Positions 1 through 11,600 of a stretch of DNA of 64,000 bases are shown one piece after another. Position numbers and translations under genes: made by a program. Positions within the stretch are counted from its first letter, which is position 1; each line of letters starts with the position of its first letter. The stretch comes from a virus, in the IMG/VR virus record IMGVR_UViG_3300028392_000045, positions 33,265 through 97,264 of that record, one strand, 5' to 3'. The notes beneath the pieces are model-generated. The model was not told the DNA's origin, did no database searches, and saw only the letters and a list, made by a program, of their open reading frames with translations.

Positions 1-404
1 AAAGCATAACGGTTTCCGTTTACTGGAGTAGAAAGTCCTGTGTAGCTAATAGAGCTGTGCAAATCAATTACAGGAAGCTTAGTAGATACTTGCTGAATCT
101 GATCGTAAAAGATGTCAGGAGTAGCCATGAAAGCTTGAGTTTCAATACCATTCCAGCCAAGGTTACGGCTAAAATCAGAAGATTTAGGAGTTCCTTGTAC
201 TACACGAATACGGTTAACTGCTGAAGTAGTTTCACCACCTGACAAGTAAGCACCTGAAAGTGGGTTAATTACTCCTAGTTGTCCGTTAGTCAAGTTTACA
301 GAAGAACCAGTTGTCTGGATGTTACCAGAGTTGCGAAGCCCTTGATTACCAGAAGCTACAATGAAGTATTCCTGATAGGGCTTGTTAGTTTTTTTATTAG
401 CCAT
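1..404 (-). CDS. Virion structural protein, 3' end runs off the window (MANKKTNKPYQEYFIVASGNQGLRNSG...)
   Basis: Hand-read ATG at 404, open to the window edge; G/N/S/T-rich; downstream of ring protein gene in capsid operon. Confidence 0.6.
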   Translation of the reverse strand, partial: MANKKTNKPYQEYFIVASGNQGLRNSGNIQTTGSSVNLTNGQLGVINPLSGAYLSGGETTSAVNRIRVVQGTPKSSDFSRNLGWNGIETQAFMATPDIFYDQIQQVSTKLPVIDLHSSISYTGLSTPVNGNRYA

Positions 405-423
405 TGTTGTAAATTTTTAGAAG

Positions 424-1155
424 CTACAGTAGCTCTTTTATTTTTTGTTGTGATACACTCAATTCGTTAAAATTACTATACCGTCTATTTAATTCCTGTA
501 CAGCAATTGCAACCACTACATTGATATAATCATCAGGTAGATCTGTATCTGACTTAGGTTTGTTTGGTGCATTTACATTATCTTTATTTTCAAAAGCAAC
601 ATAAGTACCTAAACACACTTGATCAGGAATTTTGATGTAAGTTAAGAAACAATCTTCAGGAATAAACTCATTATCTGTATAGATATATAGTTTATCGTTC
701 CTCTGTGCAATAATAGCTCTTTGCCATTTCTTAGAACTTTTTCTATGAAAGTTAATTTGTCCAGAAAAAAGTTCTTGATGTTGTTCCCAGTCTCCTATAA
801 TTTGTAAGTCACAATCTCTTATAGTAAACTTACAAGCTACAGCAGATTTACAAGGAACAGCAGTTTTAGTTAGGTCAATTTGATAAATATCATTTGATAG
901 CTTTTCCGCCTTCATAAATGGTTGTTCAGGAAAAGATCTAACTAAAGTCTGCAACATATCTATTCGTTGCTGAGTAACTTCAAATCCAAGATCATAGAGA
1001 TTTTTATTCTCTCCATGTAAGAACATCTCCACATACTCAAATATAGCCTTATTAAGAATCTCATCCTTTTCTGGATCAGTCAGATACTTTCTATGATTAT
1101 TAGACTGTCTATTCCACTCTAAGTCTAATTTGAGATGAAGATCTTCTACTCGCAT
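424..1155 (-). CDS. crAss-like ring/tail-adaptor structural protein
   Basis: N-terminal 'EKDEILNKA' and C-terminal 'YIKIP...DLPDD...VVAIAV' pattern resemble crAss-like ring proteins; position downstream of MCP. Confidence 0.6.
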   Translation of the reverse strand: MRVEDLHLKLDLEWNRQSNNHRKYLTDPEKDEILNKAIFEYVEMFLHGENKNLYDLGFEVTQQRIDMLQTLVRSFPEQPFMKAEKLSNDIYQIDLTKTAVPCKSAVACKFTIRDCDLQIIGDWEQHQELFSGQINFHRKSSKKWQRAIIAQRNDKLYIYTDNEFIPEDCFLTYIKIPDQVCLGTYVAFENKDNVNAPNKPKSDTDLPDDYINVVVAIAVQELNRRYSNFNELSVSQQKIKELL

Positions 1156-2240
1156 TTAACATCTTTTTGTTTCAATTCACTTATCAACTTGTAATATAGG
1201 TTTTCAGAATCAGCTTTCTTAGGATTAAATGCTTCAAACTCTTGCATAAAAGTTCCTTCAATTTTCTGAGTTGACTTACCTAGATTATACAAATTGTCAA
1301 CATCTTTTTGGCTTCTCCAAATAATAGCACCACCTGAGTTAATAAAGACATTAGTATTCAAAGCCTGTGCAATAAGATATTTAATCTTAAGTCTATTTGG
1401 TTCTTTAGTTAGAATATCCATTACCTCATTAAACTTAGTAATACGTTCTGCTTGTGTACCGTTATCGTTTTTCTTCTCATCCATGACATAATCCTGGATG
1501 GTAGATTCTACAAAGCTACTAGACACATCTCCTTTAATAAGGCGAAGGTAAACAGCAACTTGATACTGAACGAACGTAGGATATTCTCTCATCAACTTAC
1601 CTAGATTGTAAGTACCAGTAAGAATGAAGTTTCTCTTAGTTACTTTATCCTTAATAGCTTCTTCTTCTTCTGCAATGTAAAATTCATGCAAATCAGGATT
1701 TACATCATCAGCAGAATTAGCAATCATACTATGTGTTTTACATAATTGAATTGCTAATCTACCTCGTGAAGTATCAGAAGAAAAAACATTAGTACCTTCT
1801 TGTAGGTAAATTTTAAAGCCTTCCAAATAAGTCTTATTAGACAAATTCTTCATCAAGTTAATATCCGAATAAGCTTGAGCCATTGTCGGAGTAGTAACAT
1901 GTACAGTATAAGTACCTCTTGATACTTTATCCAGAATTTCAAGATAGGTTTGCTTTGTAATGTTTTTAGCTCCTCGAATAGTAGTATCCCAAGTTGAAGC
2001 CCAAGTATCATCTAGTCCTAGTTCTTCTTTGTCTTTATCAAAGAAATCATTAGGAACCATTTCCTCAAGTCCAGTAATCAACTTAGTACCTTCTCTTTGG
2101 AAAGTAAAACAAGGAGTAGCCCCTCTTGCTTTTGTTCTGTTAGTAGGTATTGAAGTACCATTGTCAGCAACAAACTCATAATTGTGTCTACCTTGAGCAG
2201 ACTGTCTAAATACAGACACTACATAAATTTTCTCAGCCAT
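1146..2240 (-). CDS. Conserved crAss-like protein of the capsid module
   Basis: 364 aa ORF; synteny downstream of MCP. Confidence 0.5.
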   Translation of the reverse strand: MAEKIYVVSVFRQSAQGRHNYEFVADNGTSIPTNRTKARGATPCFTFQREGTKLITGLEEMVPNDFFDKDKEELGLDDTWASTWDTTIRGAKNITKQTYLEILDKVSRGTYTVHVTTPTMAQAYSDINLMKNLSNKTYLEGFKIYLQEGTNVFSSDTSRGRLAIQLCKTHSMIANSADDVNPDLHEFYIAEEEEAIKDKVTKRNFILTGTYNLGKLMREYPTFVQYQVAVYLRLIKGDVSSSFVESTIQDYVMDEKKNDNGTQAERITKFNEVMDILTKEPNRLKIKYLIAQALNTNVFINSGGAIIWRSQKDVDNLYNLGKSTQKIEGTFMQEFEAFNPKKADSENLYYKLISELKQKDVKCE

Positions 2241-2272
2241 GATCTTAGCTCGTTTCGATTTTTGAAAAAATG

Positions 2273-3445
2273 TTATTCTAAAAATACTTCTTCAGGAATT
2301 GTAGAATCTTCAGTATCAAAATTCATATCGTCAGATTCTATAAGTTCCTTAAAGTTATCTCTCTTTCTTTCTGAGAAGTAATTACAGTCAGAATAAAGAA
2401 ACTCAAGAATTTTTTTAACACTACCATTTGAGTATCTTAAATCTCCTATTTCATTATCTCTGTCTTTATGACGGATGTAAATAGAAGTTTCAGTTAAACC
2501 TAAATGGTGTATCAAAACTTGTTGTACTTCAAGTAAAAAAGGTTTGTTACCAGTAAAACTTATATTGGGTCTACCTCCTGTATACCAGACAGAACCATCA
2601 CCATCATAATATCCTCTGATAAAGTGTCTAATCAAATTAGGATCAATATCAGGAATATGTTCTAGGATATGTGTTTTGTTTTGTACACAACCCCACTTAG
2701 CTAATGCATCACACAAAATAGGACTGCATATAGTCATAGTATAGAAATCCTGATGATTCTCATTCTCTCTAGTTCTAATGCCTATAGTATGTGTAGCACC
2801 AATAGCTTCTTTAAATTTATAAAGAAGTGGGCTATCTCCTTCAGCAAATCCTAACTTTATGTAAGTTTTTTGCTGGCAGTTATAACCATCTGCATAGAAG
2901 AGTCCAAGAAAATAAGCCTTGTCTTGGGTATCAATATTATCAAAATAATGATAATCGCAAGTGTAAGTATTATAATCTGCCTGTTCTCTTTTCATATCTT
3001 CAGGTAGATATTTCAATACAGTAGGTTTACCAATATCAAGTTGTTTAGCTACTTTAGCTGCTGATAACCCTTGCTCATAGAGATCGTAGATTTGAAATCT
3101 AATTTGAGTAGTAATTTCAGTTTTTACTCGAACCCATACCTTATGTTTACGCTGCATTTTCTCTACATAAGAATTACTTACTTTAAGTCTTTTAGCAATG
3201 TCAACTATACTAAGTCCTTCCTTTGTAAGTTCCACTACTTGTAATGCAACTTCTTCAGGAATTACTCTAGGTTTAGGTCTAGTGAACTCAACTCCTTTTT
3301 CTTTTAACCAAGTTTTAATAACTGGTCTTGAGATACCTACAATCTCACTAATCGTTCTTAATGAGGTTTTTTCTTGATGAAGACAAAGAATCTGATCAAT
3401 CAGACTCAATTTGACTTTTTCGGAAATAGCATTGTAATGTGCCAT
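2273..3445 (-). CDS. Free-standing LAGLIDADG homing endonuclease with three N-terminal HTH repeats
   Basis: Motifs AYFLGLFYADG and HFIRGYYDGDG; HTH-like repeats SLRTISEIVGIS, SIVDIAKRLKVS, SAAKVAKQLDIG. Confidence 0.9.
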   Translation of the reverse strand: MAHYNAISEKVKLSLIDQILCLHQEKTSLRTISEIVGISRPVIKTWLKEKGVEFTRPKPRVIPEEVALQVVELTKEGLSIVDIAKRLKVSNSYVEKMQRKHKVWVRVKTEITTQIRFQIYDLYEQGLSAAKVAKQLDIGKPTVLKYLPEDMKREQADYNTYTCDYHYFDNIDTQDKAYFLGLFYADGYNCQQKTYIKLGFAEGDSPLLYKFKEAIGATHTIGIRTRENENHQDFYTMTICSPILCDALAKWGCVQNKTHILEHIPDIDPNLIRHFIRGYYDGDGSVWYTGGRPNISFTGNKPFLLEVQQVLIHHLGLTETSIYIRHKDRDNEIGDLRYSNGSVKKILEFLYSDCNYFSERKRDNFKELIESDDMNFDTEDSTIPEEVFLE

Positions 3446-3461
3446 AGTCTATAATTTTTTA

Positions 3462-3493
3462 CAAAGATAAACTATGGCTTTCTTATTTCCAAA
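3462..3493 (-). promoter_or_regulatory. Bacteroidota primary-sigma promoter for the homing endonuclease
   Basis: Minus strand TTTG-N20-TATCTTTG matches the TTTG/TAnnTTTG consensus. Confidence 0.75.
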
Positions 3494-3518
3494 TGTTTCT
3501 TACATTAATCCCACAGAA

Positions 3519-5117
3519 TTATTCCCAGACTATTTTTCCACATGAAGAAATGTCCCATGCCCCCAAACTACCCGACAATTCACGCTTAATTGACAAAGTT
3601 TTGCCATCACGGTACACGTTAGAACCATCACGTACAACACCATTTTTGAAGTCAATTGCGTTAGCTACAGAGTAATAGTAATCTGCCATGTCTTCTACAG
3701 CCATGAAGATGTTTTCACCTGATGCATTTTCGTCAGCGTTTTCAGACTTACCAAATTCCATAATGTCAATGTTGAATGACTCTTTTGGAAGGTAAGAACC
3801 TGGAGCTTTTTCTTTGTACAATTGATCATCATCCTTAGAAGGATCATACATGATTTGTACATCAATGCCGTTAGGGAACTTAATACGAGTGAATTGGAAA
3901 CCAAATTCTTTTTCGTATTGGTGTACTCCAGTTGGTTCTGGATTAGAACGAAGTGCAAAACCTGGCTCCAATGTTTGGAATACTGATGCGTTCTGTGCAA
4001 TCAAGTTGGACAAATAAGTAATAGCACCTGTACCACCACAAAGAATAGGCTTACGATTCATGAAACCACGACGACGGAATACAATCTGATGCAAGAAATC
4101 ATAAAGGTCAGCAAGAGTAAAGTTACCATTGTGTACCATCAATTGACCATCACGAACTAGCTGTCTCCAACCTGGAGCAGTTTTGATTGCACGCTTAGAA
4201 TCCATGTCGTTGTTAATCTGCAAACGACCAAATTCACAAGCCATTTCACGGTCTCTCTCAGTACGCTCCAACAAACGTTGTTCAGCTTTAGTGATAAAGA
4301 AGCCTTTCTCAATCTTTTCGTTAGTACCAGATTTAGTCAAAGAAGTCTGATATACATAACCACGACCAAATGCATCATGATACTGCTTACCTCCATTACC
4401 ATCTTGGTAAGTAGATTTGTTAGCACCACCTGTACGAGCAGCAGCCAATTCTTGCTTAACGAATTTGTCTGTAAAAGTTACTTCATTACCATACTGACCT
4501 ACAATAGAGCGCAATTTAGACATTGAGCTGTACTGATCAGTACCGTATTTGTCGTTTTCTTCGTTAGCTACACGAGTAGACACCCGAACAAAAATACGAC
4601 CTACTTCCAACAAGCTAGAAGGAATCCAAGTATTAGGATTGCTGTCTTGTAGTTCACAAGTATACTTCCAAGAGTGACCAGCACCAAGAGGTTGAGCTAC
4701 ATCAAGGATGTTAATCAGTGGAGCATCATCAGATTCAGTCTTGATCACACATGGTGTTTTCAACCAGTTGCGGTCAAGTGCAATTTCAAATGTTGCATTG
4801 TTTTTACCAACTTGAGATCCACCAGTTACCAACAATTCGGTAGAACGGAAATCAATATCAGCATCACCTACTACTGACCATTGGTAATCATTAGTACCAG
4901 CAGGTAGTTTGTGAAAGTTACCTTGAGCCATAGTCAAATAAGTCCAACGCTTATTTGTAAGACCAAGAGAACTTGTAGAGGAGAAAAGACGTGAAGTCAT
5001 TACTCCAAAATCAAAAGGTTTGTCGTCACGAAACAAAGCAGCATGTGAGGCACTGTCAAAAAAGTTACCACCGAAGCCTTTGTATTCACTGACGCGAAGT
5101 TGCGCTCTGCGTTCCAT
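3519..5117 (-). CDS. Major capsid protein
   Basis: 532 aa; crAss-like portal-scaffold-MCP synteny; high-expression codon bias (CGT, GCT, TTC). Confidence 0.85.
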   Translation of the reverse strand: MERRAQLRVSEYKGFGGNFFDSASHAALFRDDKPFDFGVMTSRLFSSTSSLGLTNKRWTYLTMAQGNFHKLPAGTNDYQWSVVGDADIDFRSTELLVTGGSQVGKNNATFEIALDRNWLKTPCVIKTESDDAPLINILDVAQPLGAGHSWKYTCELQDSNPNTWIPSSLLEVGRIFVRVSTRVANEENDKYGTDQYSSMSKLRSIVGQYGNEVTFTDKFVKQELAAARTGGANKSTYQDGNGGKQYHDAFGRGYVYQTSLTKSGTNEKIEKGFFITKAEQRLLERTERDREMACEFGRLQINNDMDSKRAIKTAPGWRQLVRDGQLMVHNGNFTLADLYDFLHQIVFRRRGFMNRKPILCGGTGAITYLSNLIAQNASVFQTLEPGFALRSNPEPTGVHQYEKEFGFQFTRIKFPNGIDVQIMYDPSKDDDQLYKEKAPGSYLPKESFNIDIMEFGKSENADENASGENIFMAVEDMADYYYSVANAIDFKNGVVRDGSNVYRDGKTLSIKRELSGSLGAWDISSCGKIVWE

Positions 5118-5134
5118 TTATAAGAATTTTAATG

Positions 5135-6073
5135 TTAAAGTTCTAATTCGTAATCTTCTAAATTCAATCCTCCAGTCTGATAATTTTCTTGCTTACTTGT
5201 AGCAGAAGAACCAGACCAGTAATTTTTTATTTTATCTGCTACTTTTTTTGTAGTAGTAGAAAAAGCTTGCCTAGAATATCTTTCTAAATCTAGTTTGCCA
5301 TCAGCATAATGTCTTACAAAATCTACTAAATAAGGAAGTGTTTTAGGATCTTTGATCATAGCTGTAATCTTGTTACTAAAGTTACCTGATTGTAATTCAG
5401 TAGCTACTTTAGTTTTTACATCTTTTGACCAGTTCAATTCCTTGACAGTTTCTACAAAACCTTCAATTACTCTAGCTTGTTCTTCTTCAGATTCTTTCTT
5501 TTCATCTTTAGCTTGAGCTACACGATCTTTAACTGTATTAGAGACCAAATTCTGATTCTTAGCAAAAGCTCGTTTAGCTGCTTTTTCTAGTTTATCTCTG
5601 TACTTCAAATCTTCAATCTCCTCTTCAATTTCATCTTCATCTACTCCATCTTCCTTCAATACCTTACGCATAAATGCTTCTTGATCTTCTGGGTTGTCTA
5701 TATCAAACACAGAAGAATCAACAAGATTCAATACTTCTTTAAGTTCTGTAATGGTAAAGTCTTTGCCTTTAGTAAGTACTAGGTCAATAAGAGGTTGGGC
5801 AAAGTCAGGAGCTTTGGAAATGATGTCTGATTCAAATTGCTCAATAGCTTGAGTATATTGGAGATCTAAAAGATTTTGTAGACCTTCAGCAGTACCATCA
5901 AATTCTTGATCTACTGTAAGAAAGCCTTTGTCTTTGTAGTACTCATAAGCTGCTGTCGCATTAGGATCAAGTACTTGCTCTTGTCCTTCTGGTAACTCTT
6001 CCTCATGAGTCGCTTCGGTGGATTCAATCTGATCATCTGTGATCTCAAAATCCGGTAGGAATTCATTCTGCAT
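5135..6073 (-). CDS. Acidic coiled-coil protein between portal and MCP (probable scaffold)
   Basis: Very acidic, helical; conserved position in crAss-like capsid modules. Confidence 0.6.
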   Translation of the reverse strand: MQNEFLPDFEITDDQIESTEATHEEELPEGQEQVLDPNATAAYEYYKDKGFLTVDQEFDGTAEGLQNLLDLQYTQAIEQFESDIISKAPDFAQPLIDLVLTKGKDFTITELKEVLNLVDSSVFDIDNPEDQEAFMRKVLKEDGVDEDEIEEEIEDLKYRDKLEKAAKRAFAKNQNLVSNTVKDRVAQAKDEKKESEEEQARVIEGFVETVKELNWSKDVKTKVATELQSGNFSNKITAMIKDPKTLPYLVDFVRHYADGKLDLERYSRQAFSTTTKKVADKIKNYWSGSSATSKQENYQTGGLNLEDYELEL

Positions 6074-6147
6074 ACAAATCTATATTAAATAATGAAACAA
6101 TGTTTTACTTTTTAGATGTTTTATTAACAGTTCTATTAGTCTGATAG

Positions 6148-8628
6148 CTAAGACTTCTTTGTCTTAGCAGTCTTCTGCCTATTTGCTTTAGCTTGCTGTG
6201 CTATCTTTTGTTCCTCTAATTGAATCTTTTTTACAGCAAGCATAGTCTCAACTCCATCATTAATGCCGTTTTTATCAACATCTTTGTCAGGTGAGAAGTC
6301 AGAAGTTTTTAAAGCTGCTATTTCGGCATCTCTATCTTTAATCAAATTAATTTCTTCAAGCTTGTTAGCATGTTGTTTATCCAGAGCATCTTGTTTAGTT
6401 TTTTCAAGATTAGTAGCCTGCTCATAAGCTTGTTTCTGCATAGCTTCTGCTTGCTCTCTTTGCTTCTTAGCAGAGATAACTAGCATCTTATGTACTTTCT
6501 CTGGACTCTCACCTCTAGTAATAGCCATCACCAACTCAGATATAATTTCTACACCTTCTCCTCTATTCTGAGCTAAAGGCTGTAATCCAAGTTGTAATAT
6601 AGTTCTTCTATAATCCTCATTGTAAGTAGTGTCAGAAAGGTAAATACCTAGTCCTTCATTATCTAAATACTCTGGTTTGATTGTCAATAACTTTTTAGAG
6701 CCATCAGGTAGATTGTAGTTTAGGTAACATTGCTCTACATCAGGATTATCTTCAAAGTAGTTCTTGTAGTAAGTAGTAAACTGAGATAAATATTCATTGA
6801 GTACACTCTTCATCAAATCATTATGTACATGATAATACTCTTCAGTCATCGTATAAGAAGAAGTAACTGCTGCTTGATTATCAGTTACATTAGATGAAGC
6901 TGAATACATACCAGTAGCTTGAATAGGAACAAGCATCTCTAAACCCATTTGTCTATCTAATAGATCTAATAAGTTTTGCATATTTACTATTTCAGCAATA
7001 GATCCAGCTACTTCAGCTCTTACAGGAGATGTTTTTTGATAATCAGGTAGACCATTAGCATTTTCATTAGAGTCATAGTAGCTATCACCTAGTGCTCTTC
7101 TAAAGTGTCTCCATATTGAAAGTTTATCTGCACCTTCATACAGTGGTTGACCATTTTCATCTAGTGCTAAGTAGTCAGGTATTTTAGAAGCATCAATAGA
7201 CTTAATAAACCCTTCATACTTAGAAAGTTCTCTAAGCTGTAAATCCTTTACAAAGATATACTGCATCAAGGTAGATACAGCTCTTTGTACTAATGAGATA
7301 GGTTCAGCATTTAAAGAGGTAAATATTCTACCTTTTAGTGATAGTTCAAAATCATAAGGATTGTCTATATTAATAGGTTGATTAGGAACCTCTCTACGGT
7401 CTACAATAATATCAGAATATCTAGTACACTCATATCTTCTTGGTATCCATAGAATCTCTGCATAAATAGCATTACCTCTATCATCAATCCATTCATATTT
7501 CTTAGACTGTCTTCCCCATTTGTTGGTAAAAATAGTAGTAACAGCCTGTTTAGGTATTTCAAAATCAGCAGAAACAATTTCAGTTAATACTTCTCCATAC
7601 TCATCAATAGACGTTAGGAAAATAACTTCTCTAAAAGCCTTAAACTGAAATTTAGTTTTCCATAAAAGCCTACTAGATTGTAGTCTGTTAGAGTTATTAG
7701 ATCCAGTATTCTGCCCAATATATCTTTCATCAAACTGTCTACGCTCATATGCTTCTTCTACAGACAAGTAGTTCATCTGCATCTTAGACTGATTCGAAGT
7801 AACATCCCATGCTTTATTAGGTGAGATTTGAGTAGCAGAAGTATAAGTTCCTAATCTATCTAATTCTTCTTGTGATACTTTATCCATCAAGTCATCATAT
7901 GCTTCAGATAAAGTAACAGCAGTTCTTACCCACCAGAAATCTCCTTTTTCTACTTTACTCTCATCAGGTGATTTGTGAAAACCTACATTTAAAGTATTGT
8001 ATACTACAGGTTCAGGAATACCATTGTTTTCTGCTATGTCTATAAAACACATATCAGCAGCTAGTACATGCTTAAACGAAAGGCTTTTAATTCTTTTAAT
8101 GTCAAACTTAGCTTTAAAATACTCCAAGACATCAGAGTAAAAAATTTCCATAGAAGATTTAAAGCTAGTAACATCTTGTTCTTGTGGCTTTACTCTTTGT
8201 TCTTCTGGTACTTCTTGTACAGCTTGAGCTAGATACTCCTCTACTTTCTCTGATAATAAGTCAGTAAGTTCCTGATCTTTTCTTTTGTTATCTCTATCTC
8301 CAAGGAGTAGCACATCAAAATTAGTTCCTCTTTTTAGCATTTCACCAAGTAGGAACATATAATACTTAAATAAAGGATTGAATACTACAATTTCTCTATC
8401 TTCTTCAAAAGGTAATTTGAATACACTATTTTCAGGTGAGCAGAATTTCTGAATATTTTTTTGGATGTAGGTAATATCATTATTGATAATAGCATAAATC
8501 ATCCTTCTATTCTGATAGGAATCTAATTGAGTATTATGTTGAGGGACAATAGAATCCATAACTGCTTTGTACCAGTCTTGGTTCTTATCCTTATCTTTTA
8601 CTTTTAAGCTATATCTAATGTCGGGCAT
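6148..8628 (-). CDS. Portal protein
   Basis: 826 aa immediately after terminase; C-terminal coiled coil with 'DVDKNGIND' motif typical of crAss-like portals. Confidence 0.85.
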   Translation of the reverse strand: MPDIRYSLKVKDKDKNQDWYKAVMDSIVPQHNTQLDSYQNRRMIYAIINNDITYIQKNIQKFCSPENSVFKLPFEEDREIVVFNPLFKYYMFLLGEMLKRGTNFDVLLLGDRDNKRKDQELTDLLSEKVEEYLAQAVQEVPEEQRVKPQEQDVTSFKSSMEIFYSDVLEYFKAKFDIKRIKSLSFKHVLAADMCFIDIAENNGIPEPVVYNTLNVGFHKSPDESKVEKGDFWWVRTAVTLSEAYDDLMDKVSQEELDRLGTYTSATQISPNKAWDVTSNQSKMQMNYLSVEEAYERRQFDERYIGQNTGSNNSNRLQSSRLLWKTKFQFKAFREVIFLTSIDEYGEVLTEIVSADFEIPKQAVTTIFTNKWGRQSKKYEWIDDRGNAIYAEILWIPRRYECTRYSDIIVDRREVPNQPINIDNPYDFELSLKGRIFTSLNAEPISLVQRAVSTLMQYIFVKDLQLRELSKYEGFIKSIDASKIPDYLALDENGQPLYEGADKLSIWRHFRRALGDSYYDSNENANGLPDYQKTSPVRAEVAGSIAEIVNMQNLLDLLDRQMGLEMLVPIQATGMYSASSNVTDNQAAVTSSYTMTEEYYHVHNDLMKSVLNEYLSQFTTYYKNYFEDNPDVEQCYLNYNLPDGSKKLLTIKPEYLDNEGLGIYLSDTTYNEDYRRTILQLGLQPLAQNRGEGVEIISELVMAITRGESPEKVHKMLVISAKKQREQAEAMQKQAYEQATNLEKTKQDALDKQHANKLEEINLIKDRDAEIAALKTSDFSPDKDVDKNGINDGVETMLAVKKIQLEEQKIAQQAKANRQKTAKTKKS

Positions 8629-11600
8629 ATCTTAGTTGTTTAGTAAGTCCATGCAATACTTTAGTTCCTGATCTGTTAACAGCGTAATGTTCTTGTTCGT
8701 TTATAGCAAGAGGTAAGCCAAGTAATGCAGAAACTCCATCAAAGTTACCTTCTAATGTATACTGACGTATTTGTTTTACAGTAAATAAACATGGTATAGT
8801 CTCTATAACTCTTTTGCCGTCTGGTAATTCTTTCAGTAGGATTTCACTTAGACCATCTAATAGAGTAATCTTAGCTAATCTATCTCCTACGTTAAATCCA
8901 GTTTGAGTAGCATTCTTTTTAAAAAGGTATTGTCCTTGTTCAAATTGAGGTCTTAAACATAAGAGATGTGCTTTATTCTTTCTAATAGCATATCCTCTAA
9001 TCTTATCTCCTCGGTTGGCTTCATACCATAGATTTCTACTTTGTAATCCGTAAAAATGTAAACCTTTAAATACTATATCATTGTAGCCATCTACACTAAT
9101 TTCATGTTTACCTATATAAGTAGCTGCTATCTGATAACCAGGAAGTCCAAAGCTTAGGTACTTAGGATTGACTATAAAATAAGTAACACCAAGTGAACCT
9201 CCTTTAACTGGATCATCAGATACATAAGGGTCATGCGTTACAATAACTGCATCTGGTGGAAGCTGTCCGTTTATCTTTAATTTCTCAGGAGATATGTACA
9301 TCATAAATTCTCCTTTAGTACTCTCAGTAGGTTGTAGCGGCCAGTTAAAGATAGCGTTAGACTTTGATTTAGGTATTACAGAATAGTTAATTCCTGTAGG
9401 TGTATTAGAATCATAAAATAAATCTATTGCTGTGCCTAACTTTTCAAATAAATTATCTTTTATGAGTTCCTTTTCTCTTGCTTCTGCCTCTTTTACAGGT
9501 AAGTATCCAGTAGAACCAGATAACCACATATCATCTACCTGTAGTGGATAGTTCATCCTTTCAGCTAAGAGTACTCTAGGATCAGATGATTTAGCTGCAT
9601 CTTCTCTACGTTTTATATAGAACTCGTAAGCAGCTTGTATATCTGTATTACCATCTGCATCTTTGAATCTCTTATCAGTTAGAGGTGCAGGTAAGAAAAA
9701 GCATTGATCATCAAATTCTATACAATTATAATCTTTAGGGTGAGTAAAAATCTTCTGAGCTGGTCTTACCATTTCTAAATCACCAGAAGTACCAATACCT
9801 ACTTGAATACCAAACTGTTCACCATCTGTAGTTACTACCGCAGTGTTAGATGTCCAGGCTTCTATAAGCAATTGCATCAAACCTACCTCTTCGTATAGAA
9901 TAACGTTTCTACGTCCACCTGCACCTTCTTGAGCACCACCTTTCTTATTAGTAGAATATATTTTATGATTTACTTCAGAACCAGATCCTAGCTTCTTCCA
10001 TACTCCATTTTTAGATGCAGCAATTTCATGTACCCAAGAAGTATTAGCAGAGCCATCTCCTTTCATATTTCTATAGTAAGGACAAGGCTCAAATATATCT
10101 TTATCATCACCTTCTTTACCATATACACCAAATTTAGGATCTACTTTCAGCTCATGCATAGAGTCAATAAGTTTCTTCATTAATTCAGTAGACTTAGATC
10201 CTATACCTGCTGCAATGTCTATAGTAGCTTGACTTTTTCCTTGATCTGCATACTTCTTGGAATCAAATACTAGCTCATATAATGCTAGTGCAAGTCCAAA
10301 GAAATAAGAATTATGTGTAACTACATAATTAGTGGTTAAAAAATTATGATCTTTAGCATCTACACTAATGCATATAGTAGGTGCTTGATAATCCATTTTT
10401 TTAATACTTACAATCGAAGTATATTCATTAATATTTTTTTTAGTTATACGTTCTAATTTTCTTGATATAAAAAAAATAGGTAAGTTAGTAGTAATAAAAA
10501 GCCTCCAACAATCATTTCTAGTTGTAATACATCCTTTTATATCATGTACTTTGCCAGTTCTTTTGTCTATACCTTTTTGACTTTTTATACCTAAACTTCT
10601 TAATACCTCTTGTAAATCATTTAGTAAAGTTTCATTTGTGCTACTGAATGAAGCATATCCTTTTGATATAGAACCATCAGAATCCATTAAACCTCTTACT
10701 AACTCCATACGTTGATCTATAGAAGCATATTTATAAATGTCTGGTATAAATTTACTTTTACAACCGACATTTAATCCTAAAGCTTTTAAATCCCTGTGTA
10801 ATAAATTTTGATGTTGTAATAAAGGGGTTCCGTTTACCTTAGTGCCTATATTAATTTTTTCTCCTCTATGTACTATAGTGTAGTTGTTATTTGTACTTTT
10901 ATCATATACTATATCGTAGTCAGGAAAAGAATTTTTAAAACGTTCTAAAACTTCCATTTCACTAGTGGCTACTTTAGGAGTAGAACTTGTTAAAGCACCA
11001 TTTCCTAATAAGTATCCCAAAATATAAGGGTCTATTGGCAATTCTTGTTTTGGATAATTTACTGGTTTATTTTGTTTTACTTTATATCTATAAGTAAATC
11101 CCGATCTTTTATGAGCATATTTATATCCTTTTTCAAGCATATCTATTGTAGATATAACTTTATTATTTTTATTTACTGTCCATAAATGCTCAGGATTTGT
11201 ATAACATTTCCTACCATCTTTAAATTCTACCTCATAAACATCAGTAATACCTTGTGGGTATACTCCAGTTATTGTAGTCAAATTGCCATCAGATCCATAT
11301 ATTTTATCTCCTACTTGTGCATTCTTAATTAGCTCATAACCAGTCTCTTTATAGATATATTCAGTTTCTAACATTGCTTTCCCGCCGCCCCTAGAACCGA
11401 CCACGAGAAAATTCTTAGTATTATTATTGTATAAAGGTCTACCTAATGGCTTGTCATGTAATTCAAAAAGAATATCTCTTGGTTTTTTGTATTCTTTTAG
11501 CTTTCCTTTGGAGTTAGAAATATCAGCTAAATCAGATATAGATAAAGTAGAAGTATCTTTCAGAAGTCTCTCATCACCTGAATATCTATCATCATCTTCA

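Noticed and set aside
2241-3518. Group I intron around the LAGLIDADG gene
   Set aside because: MCP has its own stop, flanks are only 32-73 bp with a promoter, and there is no room for an intron core
6075-6100. TAGATTTG promoter-like motif before the scaffold gene
   Set aside because: Lies one base from the ATG and lacks a correctly spaced -33 TTTG
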